Source: Escherichia phage vB_EcoP_YF01
Direction: 5' to 3' (one strand)
Length of the DNA: 64,000 nucleotides
Sequence record: OQ025076.1
Shown here: one piece after another, positions 29,901 to 40,425 of the stretch
Layout: the number at the start of each line of letters is the position of its first letter
How positions within the stretch are numbered: position 1 is the first letter of the stretch
Made by a program: the position numbers and the translations under genes
Notes under the pieces: model-generated
The model's database searches: none
What the model saw: only the letters and a program-made list of their open reading frames with translations
What the model was told of the DNA's origin: nothing

Positions 29901-31364
29901 GCTAACAAGAACTCTCAGTACGAAGCTGCTGCTAAGCATTTACAGGCTCGTGAAGAACGTCTTGCTACTCTGAGAAATAAAGCTCGGGCTCGTTCAGATG
30001 CTAAGGCTGCTGTTGAGAATGAACGTAAAACTCTAGAGGCTATTGCAGCTCAGAAGAGTGAGATTGAGAAGATGATGGAAGGTTTACCTAAACCTGTTCG
30101 TGAGGCTCAGGAATCTCGTACATTGAAACAGTTGGCTGCTCACCATGACAAGAACTCTCCAGTTCCTCCAGAGAAGTTCCGTAGTTACATTGAACGTATC
30201 CACAACGCCGAGTCAGATTACCTTGATCGTCAGCGTCGTTTAACTGATGCAGAGGAAGATGCTCGTCAGGCCAAATGGAACAAGATGTATGAGCAAGCGG
30301 AAGAGATGAACCGTAAGTTTGATGTGGACAAGAGAGTTAAGCGCAGTGAAGAGCTTAAAGCGGCCCAAGAGCGTGAGAATGACCTTATGGCAGTACAACG
30401 TCAACGTGATGACATTCATCGCCGCCTGATGCGTACTATGGAAGATAAGGGCATATCTAGAGAGGATGCTGAAGCATTTGCTGGTTCCTATATGGATAAC
30501 CGTTATGCACTTCTTGAGAAGCCTATGACTCCTACTGAACATCAGAATGCTCGTTCTCGTATCGAAGCTGATGTTGAGAAGTTTGCTAAGAAATACGAAT
30601 CAATGACTCCTATCGAGAAAGAGATTGTTAAGGTTACTGGAGATACTGAAGGTAAGCTTGATAACTTGGATGCGGATACTAGGAAGGCTATTGAGGAGGC
30701 TCAGAAGGTTGACTCTGATATTAAGAAACTGCAAGAGGAAGAGTTGGAGATGGAGAAGATTCGTTCTGCTCTGCCTGATGATGAAAAATCTCAAGCAAAT
30801 TCTGATATCTTGGAAAGCATTAAACAACAGGAAGAAGTCTTTGCTGATAAAGTAGAGAAAGCTTTCTTGAGTGGGAAAAGCTTGGATGAGTTGGCTAGTG
30901 TGGCTGAAGTTTTAGACAGGGTTCATGGTGCAGATAAGGCTGGTAACAACCGTCGCTTTGTACGTGCATTGCAGACTGCTGCTGAAAACAAGAAGAAGTA
31001 TGGTGATAATCCAGTAGCTTGGTTTAGTGCTGATGATTACTCTGCCATTGCTAAACTTGGTGCTTCTTCCGCAGGTGGTAACAAATCCAGAGCACTGGAG
31101 AAGATCTTTGGTTCTACAGCTGAACAGGCTAAGAGTAAGTTGCTTGGTAGGGATGATGTAGCGAAGATGAGACGTGTGATTGAAGAGAACCCTGATATCA
31201 AGATTCCTTCTTACAAGACAACAAATCGTACTGAGTACTTGCAGTTCTTGGAGAAGTTTAATGAAGAAGGGAAGCCGAAGATTAAACGTGGCTCATTGTC
31301 AGAGAAGCTTGAACGCAGTAAGCGTCAATCGAGACTCCGTGTAAGAGTTCGACCTAAGGAGTGA
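26946..31364 (+). CDS. Very large coiled-coil internal virion / tape-measure-like protein
   Basis: About 1470 aa from ATG 26946 (RBS AAAGGAGA); Gly/Ala-rich N-terminus then long E/K/R/A-rich helical region. Confidence 0.6.
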   Translation: MANIKPWEEASKAPAYLNASPEQQAQMREQYKAAGGSIPEEQPVAQPQQEERGAIGEFAQGVSNALQSGGANIAASAAKGIGGLVEIGENLAGAQTSYGKRIQENSQNLLKERMDKIEDGIGKTVGQYAGVAGDIGLTVANPLAAAAIIAGRETGRAYADQTPEEGEDKSILDAALVGGANYAAQRILPGAVGTAESTLGRIGQNVASNAVAGAKGGALVGAAEAQNKHGDDTTFANVLEGAIEEGAMGAAFGGAVGGVHGLISRPDSAVFKNTPEYAKTDIAADDELIRSAKNIDELKEAYSKAETANAASALNLLDENGFRITDAVAVDSPAAQRILNTDQARAEKAASVQKEHSNIPGLNPLASPAKTRGKAFADNEHNQKQAVAMKDAMADYTKDNTKALTDVLDNLDRELTSLRASGDFTGSPIDIKNRTQADRDFIDAYKTFYNEANRFKAREGEDFNNFVEKATELQKMADNVSPEMKKAIGGLKKLKGMPEGFNPIQDAYTLNNTAKFMSNQDRGWTSLTDDGFREASSPSLVMNTLGAAKYALNRFSSQRARSQRVKQQESNSEAIRSLARGDLEVARAKSTADEARAKMEEPVVDDIKFKTQNDVETEPVRETSSSTVTEENLPSSAPQETPLTARDLVAQRRAIRQAEQRRAEEEAAAAQEAPVEQAPQAEPLPARNPLEERRAMEQQRAQEEAVQAPEPTVEEPTVKAEPLPARAPKAPKEAVQDVKPASGVERLAAMSSAARQATKDRAERFARSLYSKATKAKATAENFLAYKGDPKELMRRIRQEDNAINTERHEEMARNQLASQQGIATAKNNTVRTNFAEWVKERGLPEDVATKALRAEEKGLGGNVTNLDSLKRRAERLYQKQREDEFDRLYQEALEENKAFDKKDAPKLVDQKKELQSEIDTLIDSEPLRPAQKDAMRKLMNDFVDGKFKSSEKAGREEALEVGQMKDVWDGFINTYNREVNAFNKANKNSQYEAAAKHLQAREERLATLRNKARARSDAKAAVENERKTLEAIAAQKSEIEKMMEGLPKPVREAQESRTLKQLAAHHDKNSPVPPEKFRSYIERIHNAESDYLDRQRRLTDAEEDARQAKWNKMYEQAEEMNRKFDVDKRVKRSEELKAAQERENDLMAVQRQRDDIHRRLMRTMEDKGISREDAEAFAGSYMDNRYALLEKPMTPTEHQNARSRIEADVEKFAKKYESMTPIEKEIVKVTGDTEGKLDNLDADTRKAIEEAQKVDSDIKKLQEEELEMEKIRSALPDDEKSQANSDILESIKQQEEVFADKVEKAFLSGKSLDELASVAEVLDRVHGADKAGNNRRFVRALQTAAENKKKYGDNPVAWFSADDYSAIAKLGASSAGGNKSRALEKIFGSTAEQAKSKLLGRDDVAKMRRVIEENPDIKIPSYKTTNRTEYLQFLEKFNEEGKPKIKRGSLSEKLERSKRQSRLRVRVRPKE

Positions 31365-31372
31365 TAAAAGAA

Positions 31373-31410
31373 AAGCCCCCTTCCTTTCGGTTGGGGGGCT
31401 TTATTATTTC
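31373..31410. terminator. Bidirectional terminator at the convergence of the plus and minus gene blocks
   Basis: AGCCCCC...GGGGGGCT stem flanked by an A-run upstream and a T-run downstream. Confidence 0.6.
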
Positions 31411-31725
31411 TAAGTTTTAAAAACCATCAAATTCGTCATACATCCCAATTTTCTTCAGAGGTCTGGGCGTTCATCTTCAAAGCACCCTGAGATGCCTCCA
31501 TAGAACCAATCTGATTTACTTACAAGGATAACAACTTCTTCATTCATATCCCCTCCTAGATTGTGTTTATAAAATTAGTAAGTTTCTCTTCACTTTCATC
31601 AAAAGCTTTTCCAGCTGCTTCCATCTCCCAAGTATCGGCATTGTCAATAAAGCTCTGAGCTTCTAATAGATCGTGGATTAGGTCGAAGAGTTTATTTTTA
31701 TCTGCTTGTGTGATCATGTAAGTTC

Positions 31726-31953
31726 CTAGATTAAATCATAATACTGAATAATGTCAGAGAGTTTGAATTCTCGAATCTCATCTTTCTCTACATCTATCGC
31801 TGTCATAATCCAACAAGGTTTGCCACCGTTATGAAAACGGGAGCTAGCAACGGAGGTTCGGAGTGGAATAACGGACCGGTCAGCAACCTCGCCTCTCCAA
31901 TTGCGATAGCGAAAGCGAAGCACTTGTTGCGTAGATTTTTGATCATCATTCAT
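31726..31953 (-). CDS. Hypothetical protein
   Basis: Start placed at an internal Met of ORF 31726..32094 to avoid a long out-of-frame overlap with the HNH gene. Confidence 0.3.
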   Translation of the reverse strand: MNDDQKSTQQVLRFRYRNWRGEVADRSVIPLRTSVASSRFHNGGKPCWIMTAIDVEKDEIREFKLSDIIQYYDLI

Positions 31954-32347
31954 TTCCTTTTTTGAATTGTTTTCTTGCATCATTCTCTTCTTTTGTTTTA
32001 ATCTTATGACAAGGGTCTTTACACAGAACCTGAAACCCTTCTTTCTCACACAGAGCACGAGAGATGATTTCATCCCAAGTTGCTTCATGGTCAAGAGGAA
32101 CTATAGGTTCTATGTGGTCAATAGCCATATCCTTTACAGGGTGGTCAGAGCCACACATGGCACACTTGAAGTGCATTGCCAGTCTGCCTGTCTTTGGATT
32201 AATCTTCTGTTCTGTCTTGGCGTCTGCTAGTGCATCAAACATGGGCTTCCACTTTCTAGTCAGAGAACGAATCCCTGACTTGATGAAAGAGTTGTAACGA
32301 GCTTCAGTCCACATTCCACTACAGCGAGTCTTCTCAGACTTCGCCAT
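31946..32347 (-). CDS. HNH endonuclease
   Basis: 133 aa; CAMCG...DHIEP...CKDPCH cysteine/histidine pattern of HNH nucleases. Confidence 0.55.
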   Translation of the reverse strand: MAKSEKTRCSGMWTEARYNSFIKSGIRSLTRKWKPMFDALADAKTEQKINPKTGRLAMHFKCAMCGSDHPVKDMAIDHIEPIVPLDHEATWDEIISRALCEKEGFQVLCKDPCHKIKTKEENDARKQFKKGNE

Positions 32348-32513
32348 AATCAGCTTCTTCCCAAACTCGTTTGTTTACACGATGGCTTACTTTGCCCTCA
32401 CGAGGAATACGACCAGTCCGCTGATCAAACAGTTGATGTTTAATCTTTTGGTCTTTACGAGATTCACGATTGGATGAGTTTTCATCATATGAACGATAAT
32501 CAAATTTACCCAT
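32338..32513 (-). CDS. Small basic hypothetical protein (59 aa)
   Basis: Own translation MGKFDYRSYDENSSNRESRKDQK...; AAGGA RBS; stop overlaps the HNH start. Confidence 0.3.
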
Positions 32514-32526
32514 TATAATATCCTTA

Positions 32527-33369
32527 TTACCAAGATTTATCTAACCATGTCCAGTCGAACAGGTCTTCCGGAGTCTGACCAACAAAGAGAAGCCGAGCAT
32601 TCTCGAGCATCTTCTCTTCATCTTCAGTATCGAACTTCTTATAATATTCCATTCGTACTATATGATACATGGTCCACTTATCTGTAACACCAGCCAACAG
32701 TTTAGCTGCTGCTTTCTTCCCTATTCCTTGACGTCGAAGCTGGAGCTTACCACCCCACATAACTTCTTTACGTTCTCCACATCCGGGGATATTATCTGTA
32801 TCATCTCCAACCAGCATCTGATAGAAGAAATTTTGCCATGAAACTAAATCAGACACGTAGTGAGGGGGAACCTCTTTCTGTCTTTCTCCACAAGCCCAAC
32901 GATAATGCCATCCGGGAGTTATCAACAAATCTTTGTCTCTAGTACAGATGATAGTATTCTTATCTCTGCGTTGCCTTTCGGCTAGTGCATCGTCAGCCTC
33001 TCTCCCAAATACGTCTATGTATTCATATTTACCTTTAATATAATCGCCAACGTTTTGCCAGTGAAAAGGTCTTTCTCCGGGAGGTCTATTTGCTTTGTAG
33101 TCTTGCTGCTTAGCAACATCAAAACGGAAGTTACCACCTTCGCTGAAGTAGAACACAACCTTACTACAACCTGATCGAGCTATGATTGTATCAATCTTAT
33201 ACTGAAGTCGTTCAATCATGAAATTGTAATCAACTGGAACACGTCCTGTGTCAAGAAAGAGATGCTCCTGAGTAAGAGCACCCACTTCATATCGAAGAAC
33301 GTCAGCGTCCACTATAGCAACTTCAGGGAGCTTAACTTCTTCCATAAATATCATCCTGAGCTTGAGCAA
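32527..33369 (-). CDS. FEN-family 5'-3' exonuclease / flap endonuclease
   Basis: Motifs TRDKDLL and GDDTDNIPG...GIGKKAAAKLL (H3TH); true start may be an internal Met at 33354 or 33345. Confidence 0.75.
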   Translation of the reverse strand: MLKLRMIFMEEVKLPEVAIVDADVLRYEVGALTQEHLFLDTGRVPVDYNFMIERLQYKIDTIIARSGCSKVVFYFSEGGNFRFDVAKQQDYKANRPPGERPFHWQNVGDYIKGKYEYIDVFGREADDALAERQRRDKNTIICTRDKDLLITPGWHYRWACGERQKEVPPHYVSDLVSWQNFFYQMLVGDDTDNIPGCGERKEVMWGGKLQLRRQGIGKKAAAKLLAGVTDKWTMYHIVRMEYYKKFDTEDEEKMLENARLLFVGQTPEDLFDWTWLDKSW

Positions 33370-34221
33370 TAATCCAATCTAGATCTGACACTGCTGATTC
33401 AATAGTTGAGTCATTAAACAGTAGATATGTTTTTCTCTGTTCGCCTTCAATATATGAGCGAGAGTCTCCATCAAAAGAGCAACCATCTCTAAGAACTTGG
33501 ACAACTTGGACATGGAAATTCTTTTCTAGTTCTCGTACCTCTGCATTAAAACCTCCGTCAGTAAACATGACAATATCATCCTGACCTAGTCCTTCTTGTT
33601 TGATGCTTTTTACAGCAAGATTCCCCATATGGTTGTTGCCAAACATAGGTTTTAAGAAATCTTCACTTGTAGAAATCATCAAATCTCTTACAGACTTCCC
33701 TCCCCATTCTGGTCTAGGTTTTTCTTTCCATTCACGATCTTCATAGCGTGCTAGAAAGTTTTCTAGAGGTATTCCTAGTGCAGCAGCAGCTACTCTGTAC
33801 ATTGGCTCCTTGAAGGATTTGGTTGAATATCCATGGTGGTATGAATGGGCATTGACCCAAGCATTGGCTATCGTATCTTTACCACAACCCGGAGGCCCAT
33901 TAAGAATTACTACTAAAGGCTTATAGTGGGAATCTCCCACCATATTGGTCAGTGCTGGATTGCCTTGAGATTCCATTTCTAATTGCTCCGTGTGGTCATG
34001 TGAGTAGTCTACTGGAGAAGTTTTGTTACCAGTAACTTTAGGTAAAATCGCTCTAGTTGTTTCTACGTATTTACCGCCATCAACATTTATTTGAAACTCT
34101 ACAAGCTCATTCTGTAACTCATACCCTGATAAGTTGGATAGCTCCTCCAACTCATTTCTGACGAAATTTAAATGTTTGATTTTAATTGCAAGAGCTTTCT
34201 TTAAAGCTTTTACCTCTTCAT

Positions 34222-34231
<10 letters not shown>
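33332..34231 (-). CDS. dNMP kinase-like P-loop kinase with N-terminal coiled-coil extension
   Basis: P-loop ILNGPPGCGKDT; downstream blocks resemble T4 gp1 dNMP kinase (from memory). Confidence 0.6.
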
Positions 34232-35717
<1,486 letters not shown>

Positions 35718-35718
<1 letters not shown>

Positions 35719-35978
35719 TATTCTATTCCACGCTCTTTCAGAGCTTCTAACAATCCATTGTGATTAGCAGCACATTCTGTGTACTGGTCCTGATACCACT
35801 CCAACGTAGTGGCTAGTGCTTTTCCTTGAGCACTTTCTAAAAGAGGTAGGTCAACCCTACATTCAGCTTTTAGGTTTGTTGGTAAGGGCATTGATTGCCT
35901 GCTGTTGTCGCTCGTTGAACAAGCTGACATACTCATCACTAGCGCAGACATTATAAAAAACTGGTTTAGTTTTCTCAT
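35718..35978 (-). CDS. Putative o-spanin (outer-membrane lipoprotein), embedded out of frame in the i-spanin 3' region
   Basis: Start placed at internal Met giving MRKLNQFFIMSALVMSMSAC with a lipobox-like MSAC; ORF-track start 36077 is upstream. Confidence 0.45.
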
Positions 35979-36213
35979 AATGCATCTCTTTATAAACGGT
36001 TTCCGTGTTCTTCTTCCAGTTAGATAAACCGGTAAGAACTCTCTGAGCAACTTCATCAGCTGCTCTACTTCTTTCAATCTCTAACTCTTGCTGGTGCTTC
36101 TCTTTGTCCAGATTACTGCTGTCTGTTTGATATTCGTTAAACTTCATACCACCAAAGAATACAAGAGCTGAGAAAACGATAAACCCTAAGTTATCACTTA
36201 ATGTGTTTTGCAT
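35863..36213 (-). CDS. Putative i-spanin (N-terminal transmembrane segment plus coiled coil)
   Basis: TM segment LGFIVFSALVFFGG then charged helical region; start moved to ATG 36213 because the ORF-track start lies inside a terminator hairpin. Confidence 0.45.
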   Translation of the reverse strand: MQNTLSDNLGFIVFSALVFFGGMKFNEYQTDSSNLDKEKHQQELEIERSRAADEVAQRVLTGLSNWKKNTETVYKEMHYEKTKPVFYNVCASDEYVSLFNERQQQAINALTNKPKS

Positions 36214-36225
36214 GTTGTCTCCAAC

Positions 36226-36249
36226 GAAAAAAGCCACCCGGAGGTGGCT
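36226..36249 (-). terminator. Rho-independent terminator downstream of the SSB-like gene
   Basis: On the minus strand AGCCACC-TCCG-GGTGGCT followed by TTTTTT. Confidence 0.5.
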
Positions 36250-36270
36250 AAGCTATAACAAGGAGAGTTA

Positions 36271-37017
36271 TTAGAATGGGCTATCGTTGTCGTCTTCGTA
36301 AGTAGAAGCAGGCTCTTTATCAATCGTAGGGATTGAAGGAGTAGCTTCTTTCTGCTCTGTTTCAGAAGCACGAGTAATTTCACGACCAGCCAGAGGCATG
36401 TTCTTAGCGTCATTAGCTTGGGTAAGCAGGTTGCGCTGGAACGGGAACATCAGTTGATAGGATGCTACGTTCTCATCGGTTTCCGCATATGGTTCGAAGA
36501 ATACCAGAGGACTGCGAGCTTCACCAACTGCTGCACGATATTTGGTTGGGATTGGAGAAATGGTTTTGATGGAGTTTTTAACTTCACCAGCTTTGTTAGT
36601 GTAAGAATTAACCAGAATATTAACAGGCTGACCTAACAGAACATCCTTGAACCAAGACAGATCACCTTTCAGTGCTTGAATACTTGGGTCAATCATCTTG
36701 CAAAGATCAAGAATACCAGAGTTCTTAGCTCGTGGGTTTACATCATAGCTCTTGAACTGGCAAGCCGGACGTGGTTCTAATGCCTTACCATCGGAATCTT
36801 TACCAGTAGCATCAACACCAATCAGCTCGAAAGCCAAATCCATACGGAAAGCTGGGTTCTTAGGAGTTACTGCTTTGGTCTTCGGGTCAATCCAAGGGTC
36901 ACGATTGTGAACACCCAAACCTACTACACGAACGATACGTGCTTCGTACTCACCATCAGGGATTACATCGTAGTTGGATTTACGGGAAGCAGTTGCGATA
37001 GTTGGAATCATAGACAT
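36271..37017 (-). CDS. Putative ssDNA-binding protein (T7 gp2.5-like architecture)
   Basis: 248 aa; acidic C-terminal tail ending in Phe (...YEDDNDSPF); own promoter-like motif and terminator. Weak inference. Confidence 0.45.
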   Translation of the reverse strand: MSMIPTIATASRKSNYDVIPDGEYEARIVRVVGLGVHNRDPWIDPKTKAVTPKNPAFRMDLAFELIGVDATGKDSDGKALEPRPACQFKSYDVNPRAKNSGILDLCKMIDPSIQALKGDLSWFKDVLLGQPVNILVNSYTNKAGEVKNSIKTISPIPTKYRAAVGEARSPLVFFEPYAETDENVASYQLMFPFQRNLLTQANDAKNMPLAGREITRASETEQKEATPSIPTIDKEPASTYEDDNDSPF

Positions 37018-37433
37018 ATTTTAATTTCCTTATTTAATTTGAAAGATTGTTGCTCTCTTTGAGCGGTTATGTATAGTATACATTACGCTTATACCGATAA
37101 GAGTACTATATAGTATAAGTATCTTTGGTAGTAGATATAACACACTAGTAATGTATGTATTGTATAGCTGATAAAGTTATTGCAGGCTTGTATATTGGGC
37201 AATTCACAGAATCCCTTGCAAGTACCGAAGGGCAGGAGCCACCTGCGAGATAAAAATAGAGAATTAAGGAATCCTTGATTTAGGTTGTAGGGACTCCTAG
37301 GGACTTTGATTCTCTATTTAAAAGAATATTAATTACTTATTACCTAAATAATTAACTAACTTACTTAAACCAAATTCAATGAGAATAGATAAAAAGATTA
37401 TTCCTAAGAAAGCTAAGAAGTAAAGGATGTAAG
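37018..37433. promoter_or_regulatory. 416-bp AT-rich intergenic control region with palindromic promoter-like motifs and hairpins
   Basis: Contains the near-palindrome TTATGTATA-G-TATACATTA (37067-37085), TAATGTATG (37149-37157) and tandem hairpins around 37215-37250. Confidence 0.4.
37077..37085 (-). promoter_or_regulatory. TAATGTATA promoter-like element (minus strand), 60 nt upstream of the SSB-like gene
   Basis: Plus-strand TATACATTA equals minus-strand TAATGTATA. Confidence 0.4.
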
Positions 37434-37563
37434 TTACCATTCAAGTAGACCTTTAAAGTTAGTTTGTTCTACTATCCTCTGATAGCGAAGATTAGAATCA
37501 GCTTGTTTCTTTAACATCTCATTATATTGATCTCTGATAGAGTCTTTATAAACTACAGGTTCT

Positions 37564-38067
37564 TTAAATAATAAGATCTTGTTCTTTTCTTCTTTCATCG
37601 AAAACCTTCCTAATCTCTTGCAGAGAAACAGCTTTATAATTAATTTGCTCCATTGATGTACAGAAATATCTCCAATCATCAATTACATGATTATGGGTAT
37701 GAGCATAAATATTAAACTTCCCTCTCATTTCATCAGCGTGAATAGGAATATGAGTTACCCAAAACTCTTTATATTTATAATCACCAGAGATTCTACGGAA
37801 GACTTTCATCATATCAGGGAGAAGTTCTAATTTGTCATGATTCCCCAAGACCAGATGTTTCTCTCCTTTTACTTCAGCGATGATATCAAGGGCATATTTT
37901 TCAAACACCCAATCACCAGTAAAGAAGATTTTATCTCGCTTAGTTACGTGATCAAATGCAGCTAGAATTGCTTTGTCATGTTCTTCGATGGTTTTAAATT
38001 GCTTACGAAAACTACAGATGTTGCGATGACCTAAGTGACCATCTCCTGCAAAATAAACTTCAGCCAT
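37564..38067 (-). CDS. Calcineurin-like metallophosphoesterase
   Basis: Motifs GDGHLGH, GDWVF, GNHD and HTHNH in the expected order. Confidence 0.7.
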   Translation of the reverse strand: MAEVYFAGDGHLGHRNICSFRKQFKTIEEHDKAILAAFDHVTKRDKIFFTGDWVFEKYALDIIAEVKGEKHLVLGNHDKLELLPDMMKVFRRISGDYKYKEFWVTHIPIHADEMRGKFNIYAHTHNHVIDDWRYFCTSMEQINYKAVSLQEIRKVFDERRKEQDLII

Positions 38068-38076
38068 AAAGACCTC

Positions 38077-38559
38077 TTAAATTGTTAATTTGTGATCTTC
38101 CTCCGCTCTGTTTCTAACAGAGGCGGCTTCCTTTAGGGTTGAGAAGGTTCCTAGGTATTTAGTTTTACCTTTAATGTGTATATTGGCTATGTACTTCCCT
38201 CTTGAATTGAGGTATACACCCTTAGCCCCGGATGTGTTGTTAGAGTTCAAACCCTTGTTCCAAGAGTTATTCTCGTTGTTAACTTCTCTAAGGTTGCCTA
38301 TGGAATCATTGGAAGGGTTTCGATCAATGTGATCTATTTGATCTTTAGGTAAAACACCATTAGCAAAATACCAAATGATGTGGTATCTGTAAATGGCTCT
38401 TCCTTTCAATCGAATAAGCACTCTTCCATCCTTTTTTGAAGTTCCTGCCTCATCACCCCGCCTGCATTTTGTTCCATTGTGAATCCTCCAGAAAACTTTC
38501 CCAGATGATAAATCACAAACAAAGAACTCATCCAGAAGATCTTCTATCATATCATGCAA
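38077..38559 (-). CDS. HNH homing-type endonuclease with AP2-like DNA-binding domain
   Basis: HNH region HIIWYFANG...DHIDRNPSNDSIGNLREV and C-terminal GVYLNSRGKYIANIHIKGKTKYLGTF. Confidence 0.7.
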   Translation of the reverse strand: MHDMIEDLLDEFFVCDLSSGKVFWRIHNGTKCRRGDEAGTSKKDGRVLIRLKGRAIYRYHIIWYFANGVLPKDQIDHIDRNPSNDSIGNLREVNNENNSWNKGLNSNNTSGAKGVYLNSRGKYIANIHIKGKTKYLGTFSTLKEAASVRNRAEEDHKLTI

Positions 38560-38762
38560 CCATCACAAGTTAAATCTCCGAGAAGGGACAGTGATAACAA
38601 ACGAGACTGCTCATCGCTATACAGTTGATCAATCTCTTCTTTAAGTTTTGCCAACTCAATGAAATTGATAAGTTGACCATGTTCAAGACAGTCTGTTTTT
38701 AGTATAAATAAAACTTCAGCGTCTGTTGAATCTTCACTTGAATATTTATCAATGTATTCCAT
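38547..38762 (-). CDS. Hypothetical small acidic protein
   Basis: 71 aa ORF; overlaps the downstream gene start by 13 nt. Confidence 0.3.
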   Translation of the reverse strand: MEYIDKYSSEDSTDAEVLFILKTDCLEHGQLINFIELAKLKEEIDQLYSDEQSRLLSLSLLGDLTCDGCMI

Positions 38763-38917
38763 TTTTACTCCTATTAATTATGACCAAGATTTAACTTTTA
38801 CTTCGACGTATGTTTTAACTTCACCTTTCAAGACTTCCTGAGAAGCATTTGCACTTTCCTCAGAGTGATGTACAACGGTGATCTCTTTCTTTCCAATCTT
38901 ATAAGTGTGAATCCAAA

Positions 38918-39085
38918 TCATACTTCTTCCTCATATTCCCAATTTCTTTCATAATACCCAGAGTTGTAGTTTAGGGCGCACTTCTCGGCCTCTTCTATGT
39001 CGTCAGTGTTTAGGATATTTACCCATCCTCCAACTTCATCAAAACCTTCTTCTACTTCGTTAAACCATACACTATACTTTTTCAT
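38918..39085 (-). CDS. Hypothetical small acidic protein
   Basis: Start placed at internal Met (MKKYSVWFNE...) to give an ATGA overlap with the upstream small ORF. Confidence 0.3.
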   Translation of the reverse strand: MKKYSVWFNEVEEGFDEVGGWVNILNTDDIEEAEKCALNYNSGYYERNWEYEEEV

Positions 39086-39258
39086 CGAGAAGTTCTTCCC
39101 CAATCTTTTACATAGCATCGACCGTTAACCCACTTTGTCTCTGACTTAAATTCCTGAGACAATCTCACTTCACAGTCTTCTCTACTGGCATCTCCTCCGA
39201 TATCAATCAGATACAGGAATAGAGCTATACCTAAAGCCCAAAGAATTATCTTCTTCAT
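39082..39258 (-). CDS. Small membrane protein (58 aa)
   Basis: Own translation MKKIILWALGIALFLYLIDIGG...; ATGA overlap with the upstream gene. Confidence 0.3.
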   Translation of the reverse strand: MKKIILWALGIALFLYLIDIGGDASREDCEVRLSQEFKSETKWVNGRCYVKDWGRTSR

Positions 39259-39647
39259 CGAATCACCAAAGGCTCTTCAGAGTACACAGGAGCGGCTATT
39301 TCTACAGGAGGTGCTGCCCTAAGGTCATTAAGTCTTACGCCCTTCAGCATACCGTCTAGGTGGTCCTTTTTGGGGATTCCAACAGGGAAGTCGTCAATCC
39401 AAATATCGACGAAGAAACCTAGCTGTCGACAGACCTCATCCTTCTGCACACCATTACAAAAGATAATAGGAATCTGCAAACACTCTGCATCAATCTTAAT
39501 GTCGTGATTATCGTACCCATTAGGCTCTGCAAAGCGATAAGTTACAAAGCGTACATCGTAGCCCTTTTCTTGCATTAATGCCACCACAGAGCGCCACAGC
39601 TTTTTATCTGAGGTGTAAGTGTCATCGTAATCTAAACCAATATTCAT
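39255..39647 (-). CDS. HAD-like phosphatase (possible nucleotidase)
   Basis: DxDxT-type motif (GLDYDDT) near the N-terminus and IWIDD later; start moved to ATG 39647 with AAGGA RBS. Confidence 0.4.
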   Translation of the reverse strand: MNIGLDYDDTYTSDKKLWRSVVALMQEKGYDVRFVTYRFAEPNGYDNHDIKIDAECLQIPIIFCNGVQKDEVCRQLGFFVDIWIDDFPVGIPKKDHLDGMLKGVRLNDLRAAPPVEIAAPVYSEEPLVIR

Positions 39648-39660
39648 GTCAAATCCTTTA

Positions 39661-39687
39661 GACAAGAAAAGCCGCCCGAAGGCAGCT
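39661..39687 (-). terminator. Rho-independent terminator (minus strand GCTGCC-TTCG-GGCGGC then TTTTCTTGTC)
   Basis: Seen in sequence between the small ORF at 39694-39870 and the HAD-like gene. Confidence 0.5.
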
Positions 39688-39693
39688 TCTTAT

Positions 39694-39870
39694 TTAACTG
39701 TTCACTTTAGCTTCAAGTGTTTCGTTTTCAATACTCAAGTCAATCACTACACCAGTAAGCTCAACGACTGCTTGGCGAAGGGCATCTTTACCCATAGAGT
39801 GTACTTGAGATAAGAAGAAAGCTTTACCTTCTTCAGTGGATAGGGTTTCTTTTAATTCAGAAGCAGTCAT
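39694..39870 (-). CDS. Small hypothetical protein (58 aa)
   Basis: Own translation MTASELKETLSTEEGKAFFLSQVHSMGKDALRQAVVELTG...; followed by a terminator. Confidence 0.3.
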   Translation of the reverse strand: MTASELKETLSTEEGKAFFLSQVHSMGKDALRQAVVELTGVVIDLSIENETLEAKVNS

Positions 39871-39879
39871 TGATATTCC

Positions 39880-40074
39880 TTATGTTATGTTATAAATTCG
39901 CATGATTGTACCACCATTGGCTTCAATAGCAGCAACCATTTGGTTTCGTTCTTCATCCGTGTAAACTAACACACTTCTAAACTCGCCTGTTGCATCAGTA
40001 TAAAGGATGTTATATTTTGGAGGCGGTTTACGGTAAATACCTTCCATCACTCTTTCTCCTCTCGTTCTTTCCAC
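39880..40074 (-). CDS. Hypothetical small protein
   Basis: 64 aa ORF in a tightly packed early-gene array. Confidence 0.3.
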   Translation of the reverse strand: MERTRGERVMEGIYRKPPPKYNILYTDATGEFRSVLVYTDEERNQMVAAIEANGGTIMRIYNIT

Positions 40075-40230
40075 AGTTCGGCTAGCTCTAGATAGAACTC
40101 AGCCTCATCAGGACGACCTTGTTCATTACAGATGGCGCTCTGACGATAACACCAATCCGATGGCATCTCTTCCACTTCAATCTCCTTGTTACGAACCAAT
40201 CAATAAGAATAGTTCATTCGTCTTATTTAT

Positions 40231-40425
40231 TCACTCTACCAATGCAGGTACTTCTATCCTTTTAACTGTGAATGTCTTGTTTGGAAACTTTCTAACTAAC
40301 TCTGCTGCTTTGGTTATTGCTAAGTTCTCTGTCTCAAAGATACACAGTTGACCATTTAATGCTACGAGAGTGGAGCCACCACTGAAGACGGCCCAAGATT
40401 CATAATAACCACGAACACTCATCAC
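40231..40425 (-). CDS. Hypothetical small protein
   Basis: 64 aa ORF overlapping the upstream gene by 4 nt. Confidence 0.3.
   Translation of the reverse strand: MMSVRGYYESWAVFSGGSTLVALNGQLCIFETENLAITKAAELVRKFPNKTFTVKRIEVPALVE

Noticed and set aside
27216-30855. Multiple short ORFs on both strands inside the large coiled-coil protein gene
   Set aside because: All nested within a continuous 4.4-kb ORF; repetitive Leu/Arg/Lys translations are consistent with out-of-frame reading of a charged helical gene.
36198-36636. ORFs 36198..36413 (-) and 36418..36636 (+) overlapping the SSB-like gene
   Set aside because: Nested or antisense to a gene with its own promoter-like motif, RBS and terminator.
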